Notes: generated by a model not told the origin, from the sequence alone. Positions 29,264-38,465 are shown, counted from the first letter of the stretch. The stretch is DNA of 64,000 bases from Desulfobulbus sp. (GCA_041622895.1 JBFJXW010000001.1:1567-65566), one strand, 5' to 3'. Numbers and translations: made by a program.

Positions 29264-31019
29264 ACATCGATTGCGGCCTGATCCCGTTTTTGGGCGGGGC
29301 CGATGGCGATTGCCCCTGCTGCTGCGCCAACAGCTGACTCATTTCCACCAGACGATACAGCTCGGCCCGATACCCTTCGGCATCCGGCCCTCGACTGGAA
29401 CGGACCAGGGCAAGGCACTGGTCCCAGGTGAAGGTACCAAGGTGTTCGGAATGGGTGAGCAGCATGCCGTATCCGGCAACGGCTGCGGCGAAGCGGAAAT
29501 CCGCACTGGTCGTGCCGGAGGCCGTATCCTTGACCGGCAGGCTGATCAACTGCGATCTGTCGGCACCCAGCGGCTTGTAGCGCAACGTAACGGTCAGTAA
29601 TTCTTGCGAGGTTGATGCCGCCGCTGAGTTCGGTGCCTGATACTTGAGGGGGTCAAGCGCCGGAATAGAACCATGACCAGCCGGAATCAGTTCGTAGAGC
29701 GCAGTGACCCGATGCCCCACCCCGATTTCGCCGGCATCCTTGCGGTCGTCGCGGAAATCTTCATCGGCCAGAGCCCGGTTCTCATACCCGATCAACCGAT
29801 ACGCCCCCACCCGAGCCGGATTGAACTCCACCTGAATTTTCACATCGTTGGCCAGGGTATACAGCGTGCCGCTCAACTCCTTGACCATCACTTTTTTCGC
29901 CTCCAGCAGGCTATCGATGTAGGCATAATTGCCGTTGCCGGAATCGGCCAGGATCTCCATGGTGTCGTCATGGTAATTGCCCATACCGAAGCCGAGCACT
30001 GTCAGGTAGATACCCCCCTGGCGTTCTTGTTCAATCAATCGCTGCAGTTCGTCCCGGCTGGTGACCCCGACATTGAAATCGCCGTCCGAGGCCAGGATAA
30101 TACGGTTGTTACCACCGGGCATAAACGACTGCCGGGCAAGCTGATAGGCGGTTGATATGCCGCTGGAGGCATGGGTCGAACCGCCTGACTGCAGCCGTTC
30201 AATGGCTGCGAGAATTTCCTGCTGCCTGTCGCCGCTGGTCGGTGGCAGCACGACGCTGTCGCTGCCGGCATAGACAACAAGGGCCACCCGGTCACGCTTT
30301 CCCAGTTGCTTGACCAATAAGCGCAGCGCCTGTTTCAACAGCGGCAGCTTGTTCTCGTCCTGCATCGAACCGGAGACATCGATGAGAAACACCAGATTGG
30401 AAGGCGGCAATTGCTCCTTGGCCAGATCTCTGGCCTTAAGCCCGATGCGTACCAGACGATACTCCGCGTGGAAAGGGCTGGGGCCGACTTCGGCACGCAG
30501 GGCTAGAGGATCAGATCCCTCGGGAGCCGGGTACGCATAGGTAAAATAGTTGATCATCTCCTCGATGCGGACCGCGCCCACCGGCGGCAGGCTGCCCGCG
30601 GTGATAAAGCGGCGCACATTGGCATAGCTGGCCGTATCGACATCGATACTGAAGGTCGATAGCGGGTCGCGAGCGGCGTTGATGAACCCATTCTCCGTAG
30701 TCGCATTATACGACTCCCGATTCCATTGCGGCCCGACCGCATTCAGCACTCGGTCGGCAACAAGGCCGCCGACCCGGCTGGCTTTCATGTGCGCGACCGC
30801 GGGTATCGCGACGCTGGCCTCAGCCGCCGATGCCGGGCGAGGCTCGGTCTGTCTTTTGGCGTCCGCTCGGTGCTGCTGATTCTTCGCTGCCGCGATCTCT
30901 TTCACAGCAGGTCCCGTGGTTGCCTGCTGTCCCTTTTTTTCCTGTTCCGTGGTCTGCGGCCCGGAACAGCCCGCCGCAATGGTCAGAAAAAGCAAGAGCA
31001 TGCAAATGGCCCGTTTCAT
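29256..31019 (-). CDS. YfbK-like von Willebrand factor A lipoprotein
   Basis: Start at the ATG at 31019 (AAGGAG 6 nt upstream). MKRAICMLLLFLTIAAGCS lipobox, MIDAS VFLIDVSGSM, and a long C-terminal domain as in YfbK/DUF3520-type proteins (from memory). Confidence 0.8.
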   Translation of the reverse strand: MKRAICMLLLFLTIAAGCSGPQTTEQEKKGQQATTGPAVKEIAAAKNQQHRADAKRQTEPRPASAAEASVAIPAVAHMKASRVGGLVADRVLNAVGPQWNRESYNATTENGFINAARDPLSTFSIDVDTASYANVRRFITAGSLPPVGAVRIEEMINYFTYAYPAPEGSDPLALRAEVGPSPFHAEYRLVRIGLKARDLAKEQLPPSNLVFLIDVSGSMQDENKLPLLKQALRLLVKQLGKRDRVALVVYAGSDSVVLPPTSGDRQQEILAAIERLQSGGSTHASSGISTAYQLARQSFMPGGNNRIILASDGDFNVGVTSRDELQRLIEQERQGGIYLTVLGFGMGNYHDDTMEILADSGNGNYAYIDSLLEAKKVMVKELSGTLYTLANDVKIQVEFNPARVGAYRLIGYENRALADEDFRDDRKDAGEIGVGHRVTALYELIPAGHGSIPALDPLKYQAPNSAAASTSQELLTVTLRYKPLGADRSQLISLPVKDTASGTTSADFRFAAAVAGYGMLLTHSEHLGTFTWDQCLALVRSSRGPDAEGYRAELYRLVEMSQLLAQQQGQSPSAPPKNGIRPQSMFR

Positions 31020-31200
31020 AGATGACTCCTTTATAGATGATGCAGGGTTGAAGGGAAACCTGTGTGTGGCACAGGTTCGGTGTCTGTCTTGCTTTCTTGG
31101 ACGGCATACCTGCGGGGATGTGTCGCACGCCGATAAAAAAAAGTGTACAAAAGAAGCAGGAAAAGAATGGACACAGGCAACGTATGAAGGAGCAGATCGG

Positions 31201-32007
31201 GTGAACCCCTGGCAGAAAAAGGCTTTGGCCCATTGGGAGCAGATCAACCGGATGGCCCGGCGGCGCTTTCAACACACAGAACTGGCCGAGGAGGCCGCCC
31301 TGTTTGTCATGGACGGGCTGGCGCGAAACGACTGGCAGCGGTTGCGCGTCTTTGCCGGCAAGTCATCCCTGGCCACCTATATCGGCGCGGTAACCCTCAG
31401 GCTGCTGGAAGATTTTGCCCGCACCCGTTTCGGCCGGGCCAAACCGCCGCAGTGGATTCGCCGCCTCGGCGGTATCTGGATAACCCTCTTTCGCCTGCTC
31501 TGCCTGGAACGCTTTTCGCCGGCCGAAGCGGTGGCAATCATCAGCGGCCAGCAACCGGAGCAGGAACGAACCGTGGAGCAGGCCGCGTATCATATCCTCG
31601 GCGAGCTCCCCTCCTGTGGCGAACACCAGGGAGAGACCACCGCCTTTTGCGAGCAGACGACAGTGCCGGCGGACGAGTCTGAATGTTCGCCCCAGGAACA
31701 GCATCTGGAAGGGGGGCAGCGACGCCAGCTGTTCACCATCCTTGGCCGGGTGTTGTTCGGCGATGCCGGCAAGGCGGTGGATGCCCGATTATTGGAGCGG
31801 GTCACAGCAGCCGGCATTTCCCTGGAACCACGGGAACGGCTGCTGCTGCAGCTCTGTTACCGTGACGGCATGGCCGTGGCCGAGGCCGGGCGTATGCTGG
31901 GCTGGAATCGCCACCAGGTGCATGGTCGCCTGCGGCGGTTGCTGGCGCGACTGCAGCAGGATTTTGCCGCGGCAGGTCTGGAGGAAGAGCTGCGGCAGCT
32001 CTTATGA
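31201..32007 (+). CDS. ECF-like sigma-70 family factor with long sigma2-sigma4 insert
   Basis: GTG at 31201 after AAGGAG. Sigma2-like AEEAALFVMDGL...SSLATYIGAVTLRLLEDFAR and sigma4 HTH LEPRERLLLQLCYRDGMAVAEAGRMLGWNRHQVHGRLRR. 269 aa, versus ~180 aa for typical ECFs. Confidence 0.65.
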   Translation: MNPWQKKALAHWEQINRMARRRFQHTELAEEAALFVMDGLARNDWQRLRVFAGKSSLATYIGAVTLRLLEDFARTRFGRAKPPQWIRRLGGIWITLFRLLCLERFSPAEAVAIISGQQPEQERTVEQAAYHILGELPSCGEHQGETTAFCEQTTVPADESECSPQEQHLEGGQRRQLFTILGRVLFGDAGKAVDARLLERVTAAGISLEPRERLLLQLCYRDGMAVAEAGRMLGWNRHQVHGRLRRLLARLQQDFAAAGLEEELRQLL

Positions 32008-32044
32008 TGCCATACCGACACAATCAGGACACAGGACCGTCCTG

Positions 32045-33121
32045 ATGCATGAGAGATACCAACCGGAAGGCAACCACACCATGGCTGAAAAGAACGATCT
32101 GGATCGCAAACGAGAGACGCAGCGGCGGCTGGCTTTACTGGCCCTGAACAACGAGCATCCGCAACCAGTCGGCACCTGCTTAAAGGCGGAAGAGCTGGCC
32201 TGCCTGGTCGAAGGACGGTTGGATGATGATCAGAGCGAGGCCTGCCTGACGCATATTGCCGGCTGTGAACGCTGCTATAGTCTTTGGCGCCAACTCCATC
32301 GGGACCGGCACCAGCAGTCCGGTCACGCTGAAAACCGGGGCCGGTTAGTGCAGCTGCTGCGCCGGCCGCGCTCTTTGGCCACCGCGGGATCGCTGTTGGC
32401 GGCAGCAGCCAGCATCGCTCTTTTTCTCTCCCTCACCATGCGGACGGACCGTCAGGCCCTGATGCAATGGCCCTCCGAGCCGCTCCACGAACAGCAGCGG
32501 ACCCTGCCGGCCCCGGAATCGTCCCTCAACCAGGCTGTGCCCGCGGCCCCATCGCCAGTCCCGGCAATACAGCCGATGGAGGAAGGGACAAAAGAAAAAG
32601 CCCGGTCTGAAAACTTGCGGGCATCGGAACAGGAAGCCCAGCCTCCCTTGCCCCCACCGTCTCTGCCTGGGCAGCGTACGGTGCCTGCTGCAGCCGATTC
32701 GTCCGCAGCAGGCCAAACCTCCCCGCCGCTTGGAGACGAGGGGTCCATCGCTGCACCGATGGCAAAAAAACAGGCACTGGCGGATCGGGCAATACCGGCA
32801 GTGCCGCCCCAGAACGCACGACACGCTGATACCACGACGCAACCTCGGGCCGAACAGCGGAGCGAGACAGGCCAACGCAGTCTGAGCGAATGGCACCAGG
32901 CGATCAGGACAGGTTGTCAGGGGCAGCCCGATAGCGATTTTTTTGCACGTCTTGAACAGCAAGGACACCGTCTGCTCACCGGCAACGCTTTCCCCCTGCT
33001 TTCCGCCGAGGATCGAATCCGGACCGAAACAATCCTCACCCTGCTGGCAGAGCAGCGCCGGCAGCCGGCCGATCTCCGCTGCCAGGCCCTGCTGCAGCTG
33101 CTCAACACAAACAATCGCTGA
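32045..33121 (+). CDS. putative anti-sigma factor (zf-HC2, single TM, Pro/Ala/Ser-rich periplasmic region)
   Basis: HIAGCERCYSLW (H-x3-C-x2-C) near the N-terminus, TM LATAGSLLAAAASIALFLSL, and position directly after the sigma gene. Alternative start at ATG 32081. Confidence 0.6.
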   Translation: MHERYQPEGNHTMAEKNDLDRKRETQRRLALLALNNEHPQPVGTCLKAEELACLVEGRLDDDQSEACLTHIAGCERCYSLWRQLHRDRHQQSGHAENRGRLVQLLRRPRSLATAGSLLAAAASIALFLSLTMRTDRQALMQWPSEPLHEQQRTLPAPESSLNQAVPAAPSPVPAIQPMEEGTKEKARSENLRASEQEAQPPLPPPSLPGQRTVPAAADSSAAGQTSPPLGDEGSIAAPMAKKQALADRAIPAVPPQNARHADTTTQPRAEQRSETGQRSLSEWHQAIRTGCQGQPDSDFFARLEQQGHRLLTGNAFPLLSAEDRIRTETILTLLAEQRRQPADLRCQALLQLLNTNNR

Positions 33122-33279
33122 GACACGGCACTTGCTATCACCACGATCCACCCAACTACAGGGGTACTATAGGCGATAGCGCAAAGACCTCAACCAGGGC
33201 TTTGTCGTTTTTTTTATTCTTTTCTCCTCCCCGAACCCTTCACCTTTCTGCGTGCTAACCTCCTCACCTCACTCTCTTT

Positions 33280-33290
33280 TGGTACTACCA
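33280..33290. promoter_or_regulatory. candidate GntR/FadR-type operator (TGGTACTACCA)
   Basis: Perfect 5-1-5 palindrome TGGTA-C-TACCA, which matches the generic GntR GT-N-AC core. ~150 nt upstream of the GntR gene. Confidence 0.4.
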
Positions 33291-33418
33291 TTAAAAACCG
33301 ATCCACCCCCAACACGCCTTCAGCTCCGCGTCTTTTTCCTTGCATGAATCAAAAATATGGGGTCTTTTTGCCAATTATCGCAAATATCGAGCAATACTTG
33401 CTTACTATTTCTCCAGTT

Positions 33419-33429
33419 AGGTAGGACCA
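33419..33429. promoter_or_regulatory. second candidate GntR-type operator (AGGTAGGACCA)
   Basis: Same GGT-N3-ACC core as the 33280 site. Lies 13 nt upstream of the GntR start codon. Confidence 0.3.
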
Positions 33430-33441
33430 TTTGAGGCAACG

Positions 33442-34212
33442 ATGAAAAGTACGATACAATTTTCGCCGGTAACCATGGGGAGGGCGAGCGAAGAAGTCGC
33501 CTTGCAGATTGAGGCGGCGATCCTTGATCAAAAGATTGCCCCGGGCGACCGGTTGCCCAGCGAGCGCGAACTGCAGCTTCATTTCAATACGAGCAGGGGC
33601 GTTATTCGTGAGGCACTGCAGGCGCTCAAACAAAAATCGCTGATCGAAATCAAAAAAGGCGCCAAGGGCGGAGCCTATATCAAGGCCGTCGAGGTGTCCA
33701 CCGCGGGGGAGTCGCTGGCACTTTTCATCAAACGCCAGCCACTGGCCCCGCAGCACCTGATCGAATTCAGGGAAAGCCTGGACCGGACGATCACTGTTCT
33801 GGCCATTTCCCGCGCCAACGAGCAGGAAAAACACGATCTGCTCGCCAAGGCTCGCATTCTTGAAACCATGCTGGAACAGAGCGATCCGGACATGCTTCTT
33901 TTGGGTGAACTGGACCGGGAGCTCAACATCATGCTCGCCAAAATGACGCACAACCCCATTTTCGAATGGATCATGCAGGCCCTTCAACTCGGTTTCAGCT
34001 CCAATGACCTCACCCTGTACCAGGGCATGGACTACCGAGAAAAAACGGCCGAAAACTGGAAAAATACCGCAGAGGCCATTGTCGGGGGGGAACCGCTCAA
34101 GGCTCTGTCCCATATCAGCTACCACTATGCCATGCTGCTGAGGCTGATGGAAAAAGCTGAGCATCCGGTTCATCCCGTGCAAGACGGCTTTGCGACCAAT
34201 ACTGACGACTAA
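33442..34212 (+). CDS. GntR-family (FadR/FCD subfamily) transcriptional regulator
   Basis: 256 aa. N-terminal wHTH ...GDRLPSERELQLHFNTSRGVIREALQAL and an all-helical C-terminal FCD-like domain. Confidence 0.85.
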   Translation: MKSTIQFSPVTMGRASEEVALQIEAAILDQKIAPGDRLPSERELQLHFNTSRGVIREALQALKQKSLIEIKKGAKGGAYIKAVEVSTAGESLALFIKRQPLAPQHLIEFRESLDRTITVLAISRANEQEKHDLLAKARILETMLEQSDPDMLLLGELDRELNIMLAKMTHNPIFEWIMQALQLGFSSNDLTLYQGMDYREKTAENWKNTAEAIVGGEPLKALSHISYHYAMLLRLMEKAEHPVHPVQDGFATNTDD

Positions 34213-34231
34213 TTACAATTCAGGAGGAAAC

Positions 34232-35893
34232 ATGACCCCAAAAAAACAATACGATTATATCATTATCGGCGCCGGCTCTGCCGGCAGTGTGCTGACCAAT
34301 CGGCTGAGCACCAATCCAGATCATTCCGTGCTGGTGCTTGAGGCGGGGCGGAAAGATCACTGGTGGGATATTCGTCTCCACATGCCTTCAGCCCTCACCT
34401 ATCTGCTGACCCACGGTTTCTACAACTGGATGTACGAGTCCGATCCGGAACCCTCCATGAAGGGCCGGCGCATCGCTCAACCGCGCGGCAAGGTGCTCGG
34501 CGGATCAAGTTGCATCAACGGCATGATCTATATCCGCGGCAATGCCATGGATTACGAGAAATGGGCCACCTTCGAGGGCCTGGAAAACTGGGACTACGCC
34601 AGCTGCCTTCCCTATTTCAAGCGCTTTGAATCGCGCCTGCAGGGAGCCGATGGCTATCACGGCGTTGGCGGGCCGCTGTACCTGACCACCCCAAAATGCG
34701 ACAACCCGCTGTTTGATGCTTTTTTCGGATCGGTCCAACAGGCGGGGTATCCCCTGACCAAGGATGTCAACGGCTATCAGCAGGAAGGTTTTTCCAGTTT
34801 TGACGCGACCATTTACCAGGGGAGCCGCTGGAATGCGGCGCGGGCCTATGTGCATCCGGTTAAAAAGCGCTCCAACCTTGAGGTGCGCTGCAAGAGTATG
34901 GCCACCCGTATTCTATTTGAGGGGAATACGGCCGTTGGCGTCGAGTACCGTAAGGGCAAAAAACTGCATCGAGTGTATGGAAAGGAAATCATCTGCTGCG
35001 GCGGCGCCATCAATACACCGCAACTGTTGCAGCTCTCGGGCGTGGGAAACGCTGCGCACCTGAAAAGCCTCGGTATCAATGTAGTGGCGGATCTGCCCGG
35101 CGTAGGAGAAAACCTGCAGGATCACCTGGAGCTGTATGTTCAGTATCAGGCCAAAAAACCGGTGAGTCTCTATTCGTCCATGAAATGGTGGAAAAAAGCG
35201 ATCATCGGCGCCCAGTGGCTGTGGAGCGGGAAAGGCATCGGAGCCAGCAACCATTTCGAGGCCGGCGGCTTTATCCGCAGCAATGATGAGGTTAAATATC
35301 CGAACCTGCAGTTCCACTTTCTCCCCATCGCCATCCGCTACGACGGAACCGCGCCCCGCGAAGGCCATGGTTTCCAGCTCCATGTCGGTCCGATGAATTC
35401 CGACGTCAGAGGCTCCATCAAAATCAAATCGGCAAATCCCGAGGATCATCCGAGCATCTGTTTTAATTACCTTTCCACCGAACAGGAGCGCCGGGAGTGG
35501 ATCGAGGCCATTCGTTGCTCGCGACGCATTATTGCCCAACCGGCCTTTGACGAGCTGCGCGGCAAAGAGCTGGCGCCCGGCAGCCAGGTGCAATCCGATG
35601 AGGACATCCTCGATTTCGTAGCCCGTGAAGGGGAAAGTGCCTACCATCCCAGCTGTACCTGCAAGATGGGGTACGATGCCATGGCAGTGGTTGACCGGGA
35701 CCTGAAGGTGCATGGTGTCGAGAACCTGCGCATTGTCGATGCCTCAGTCATGCCGGCCATCACCAACGGCAATATTTATGCCCCGGTGATGATGATCGCT
35801 GAAAAGGCAGCAGACGCCATTCTGGGCAATACGCCGCTGCGTCCGGACCCGGAAGGATTTTACACCCATCAGGCGGCCGATCACAGCGAGTGA
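34232..35893 (+). CDS. betA: choline dehydrogenase (GMC oxidoreductase)
   Basis: YDYIIIGAGSAGSVL FAD motif. Block-by-block resemblance to E. coli BetA as recalled (LEAG..., GKVLGGSSCINGMIYIRGN, ENW.Y..CLPYFK). AGGAGG before the ATG at 34232. Next to betB. Confidence 0.85.
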   Translation: MTPKKQYDYIIIGAGSAGSVLTNRLSTNPDHSVLVLEAGRKDHWWDIRLHMPSALTYLLTHGFYNWMYESDPEPSMKGRRIAQPRGKVLGGSSCINGMIYIRGNAMDYEKWATFEGLENWDYASCLPYFKRFESRLQGADGYHGVGGPLYLTTPKCDNPLFDAFFGSVQQAGYPLTKDVNGYQQEGFSSFDATIYQGSRWNAARAYVHPVKKRSNLEVRCKSMATRILFEGNTAVGVEYRKGKKLHRVYGKEIICCGGAINTPQLLQLSGVGNAAHLKSLGINVVADLPGVGENLQDHLELYVQYQAKKPVSLYSSMKWWKKAIIGAQWLWSGKGIGASNHFEAGGFIRSNDEVKYPNLQFHFLPIAIRYDGTAPREGHGFQLHVGPMNSDVRGSIKIKSANPEDHPSICFNYLSTEQERREWIEAIRCSRRIIAQPAFDELRGKELAPGSQVQSDEDILDFVAREGESAYHPSCTCKMGYDAMAVVDRDLKVHGVENLRIVDASVMPAITNGNIYAPVMMIAEKAADAILGNTPLRPDPEGFYTHQAADHSE

Positions 35894-35901
35894 GACCAAC
35901 C

Positions 35902-37377
35902 ATGCTGCAGAAAACTATGTATATCAACGGTCAGTGGACCCATGCCCTCAGCAAAAAAACCCGAACCGTCATCGACCCGGCTACCCGGGATAGCATAGCT
36001 TCGGTGGCCGAAGGCGATCGTGCCGATGCCCGACAGGCCATCAAGGCGGCGCGGGAGGCTTTTGACAGCGGTACCTGGCCCCGAATGCCGGCTTCGGAAC
36101 GTGGACTGCTCGTCTACGAACTGGGCCGGTTGATTGCAGAGCATGCGGAAGAGCTGGCGGTTCTGGAAAGCCTGGACACGGGAAAAACCGTGGAAGAGAG
36201 CCGCTGGGACATGCAGGATATCGCCGGCATCTTTAAATATTATGGCGGCCTGGCCGACAAGGTGGGCGGCGAGGTTATCGATTCGCCCCTGCCGGACTCC
36301 ACCAGCCTGGTGGTGCGCGAACCCGTGGGCGTCTGCGGCCAGATCTCGCCCTGGAACTATCCGCTGCTCCAGGCCTCGTGGAAAATGGCGCCTGCGCTTG
36401 CGGCAGGCTGCACCATTATCATGAAACCCAGCGAGATCACCCCGCTCACCACCATCAGAGTAACCGAGCTGGCCGAAACCATCGGCTTTCCCCCCGGCGT
36501 GATCAATCTGGTGCTGGGGCCGGGGGACAGCGTTGGCGCCGAACTGGCGGAAAGCACGGAGGTTGACCTCATCTCCTTTACCGGCGGTGTGGCAACCGGC
36601 AAAAAAATCATGCAGGCGGCCAGCACCAACGTCAAAAAGGTTGCCCTGGAACTGGGCGGCAAAAACCCCCATATCATTTTTGCCGATGCCGATCTGGACG
36701 TAGCCCTCGATTATGTCCTCAACGGTGTCTTCTTCCATGCCGGTCAGATCTGTTCAGCCGGGGCACGGGTTATGGTGGCTTCATCGATCCATGACCGCTT
36801 TGTCGCCGACCTGGAACAACGGATGGCAGCCATCAAGGTCGGCAACGGCTTTGCCGAAGACACCCAGATGGGACCGCTCATCTCCGAGGCACATCGGGAT
36901 AAAATCGAACAATATGTCGCCCTTGCCCAACAAGAGGGCGCCACCCTGGTTCTGGGCGGTAAACGACCCGATGCCCCTGCATTGCAGCAGGGATTTTTCT
37001 ACCTGCCCACCCTGTTCACCGGTTGCCGCCACGACATGCGCATTGTCCGGGAAGAGGTGTTCGGCCCGGTGATCACGGTGGAATCCTTTGACAGTGAGGA
37101 GGAAGCCATCCAGCGGGCCAACGATACCATTTACGGCCTTTCCGCCGGCTTCTGGACCCGCGACCAAGGCCGTATCAAACGCATGAGCACAGCCCTTCGT
37201 TTCGGCACGGTCTGGGTCAATGATTTTAACGTCTATTTCACCCAGGCTCCCTGGGGCGGCTACAAACAATCCGGTCTGGGGCGGGAGCTGGGCAAAAGCG
37301 GTCTGGAAGAATACACCGAAGTCAAACACATCTACCAGAACCATACCCCTCGTTCACTCAACTGGTTCGGCAAGTGA
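35902..37377 (+). CDS. betB: betaine-aldehyde dehydrogenase
   Basis: Aldehyde dehydrogenase motifs LELGGKNP and FFHAGQICSAG. ~490 aa. Follows betA (stop/start junction GTGA...ATG). Confidence 0.85.
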   Translation: MLQKTMYINGQWTHALSKKTRTVIDPATRDSIASVAEGDRADARQAIKAAREAFDSGTWPRMPASERGLLVYELGRLIAEHAEELAVLESLDTGKTVEESRWDMQDIAGIFKYYGGLADKVGGEVIDSPLPDSTSLVVREPVGVCGQISPWNYPLLQASWKMAPALAAGCTIIMKPSEITPLTTIRVTELAETIGFPPGVINLVLGPGDSVGAELAESTEVDLISFTGGVATGKKIMQAASTNVKKVALELGGKNPHIIFADADLDVALDYVLNGVFFHAGQICSAGARVMVASSIHDRFVADLEQRMAAIKVGNGFAEDTQMGPLISEAHRDKIEQYVALAQQEGATLVLGGKRPDAPALQQGFFYLPTLFTGCRHDMRIVREEVFGPVITVESFDSEEEAIQRANDTIYGLSAGFWTRDQGRIKRMSTALRFGTVWVNDFNVYFTQAPWGGYKQSGLGRELGKSGLEEYTEVKHIYQNHTPRSLNWFGK

Positions 37378-37438
37378 CAGCGCAACCATGGGGAGTTGAA
37401 CTTCAATACTGCAAAAGAAAGGAAAAGGAAGAGGAGTT

Positions 37439-38389
37439 ATGACAGAACGAATCAAGACCCTGAAAGTAATATTTCTCAGTACACTTCTGGTCGTGTCCCT
37501 GGCCACTACCGTTTTCGCGGCAGAAAATCAGGTGCGGCTGGTCAGCACCAGCTGGACCGGGGTGACCATAAAGACCGAACTCGCGGTTCACATCCTCAAC
37601 AGCCTGGGCTACAAGACATCGAACCTCATGGTTTCGGTGCCTTTTGCCTACAATGCCCTGGGAACCAATGAGGCCGACGTTTTCCTCGGCAACTGGATGC
37701 CGTCAATGACAAGTATTGCCCAACCGTATTTTGATAACGGCACGGTCGTCCAATACGTGGCCAATATGCCCAACGCCAAGTACACCCTGGCCGCACCCAC
37801 CTACGTGGTGGACGGTGGGCTGAAGACCTTTGCCGACATAGCCAAATACGGTGACAAGCTGAATTATAAAATCTACGGCCTTGAAGAGGGCAATGACGGC
37901 AACGAAGTTATCCAGGCCATGATCGACAAGAACATGTTTGGTCTGAAAAAATTCGAAATCGTCTCCTCCAGCGAACAGGGCATGCTCTCCCAGGTGCAGG
38001 CCTTTGTCCAGGAGAAAAAATGGATTGTCTTTCTCGGCTGGGCGCCCCATTACATGAATGAAATTCTGGACATGACCTATCTGGACGGCAGTACCCCGGA
38101 AACCTTTGGCGACCAGAACGGCACGGCAACCGTCTTTACCAATATCCGCAAGGGATTTGACAAGGAACAGCCCAATGTCGCCCTTTTCCTGAAGAACTTC
38201 ATCTTCCCGGTATCCATGATCAATCAGATCATGACGGAATTGCACAAAGACAACAGCCTCCACGCCGATGAAGCCGCCCTTGCCTGGATAAAGAAACACC
38301 CGCAGTTGTACCGTCAGTGGCTGGCAGGCGTGCACACCGTTGATGGCAAACCGGCCCTGCAGGCCTTTGAAAGCTATCTGCACAAGTAG
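37439..38389 (+). CDS. choline/glycine-betaine ABC-type substrate-binding protein (ProX/OpuAC family)
   Basis: 316 aa. Signal peptide, ...FLGNWMPS... and ...VFLGWAPHYM... blocks typical of ProX/ChoX-type binding proteins. No cognate permease or ATPase is adjacent. Confidence 0.8.
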   Translation: MTERIKTLKVIFLSTLLVVSLATTVFAAENQVRLVSTSWTGVTIKTELAVHILNSLGYKTSNLMVSVPFAYNALGTNEADVFLGNWMPSMTSIAQPYFDNGTVVQYVANMPNAKYTLAAPTYVVDGGLKTFADIAKYGDKLNYKIYGLEEGNDGNEVIQAMIDKNMFGLKKFEIVSSSEQGMLSQVQAFVQEKKWIVFLGWAPHYMNEILDMTYLDGSTPETFGDQNGTATVFTNIRKGFDKEQPNVALFLKNFIFPVSMINQIMTELHKDNSLHADEAALAWIKKHPQLYRQWLAGVHTVDGKPALQAFESYLHK

Positions 38390-38465
38390 ACGCATCACCA
38401 TGTCCTTGAGAGAAACAGCTTGCTGCGCCGGCAGTGCAGGTTCTCGAAGTTCCGCAAACGCAACA

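Noticed and set aside
31059-31086. TGGCAC at 31067-31072 in the vWA/sigma spacer as a sigma-54 promoter.
   Set aside because: There is no TTGC (or any GC) at the -12 position (GG-N10 gives GT). It is better explained as part of the CCTGTG/CACAGG inverted repeat.
30916-31200. N-terminal extensions in the ORF track: sigma ORF from 30916, anti-sigma ORF from 31616, vWA ORF to 31247, rSAM ORF from 22888, prfC from 21324, prmA from 18002, dapA to 3803, kinase to 52217, lipoprotein from 59289.
   Set aside because: The extensions overlap neighbouring genes or divergent promoters and lack homology. Internal starts with good SD sequences and native-looking N-termini (signal peptides, G1 motif, etc.) were chosen instead.
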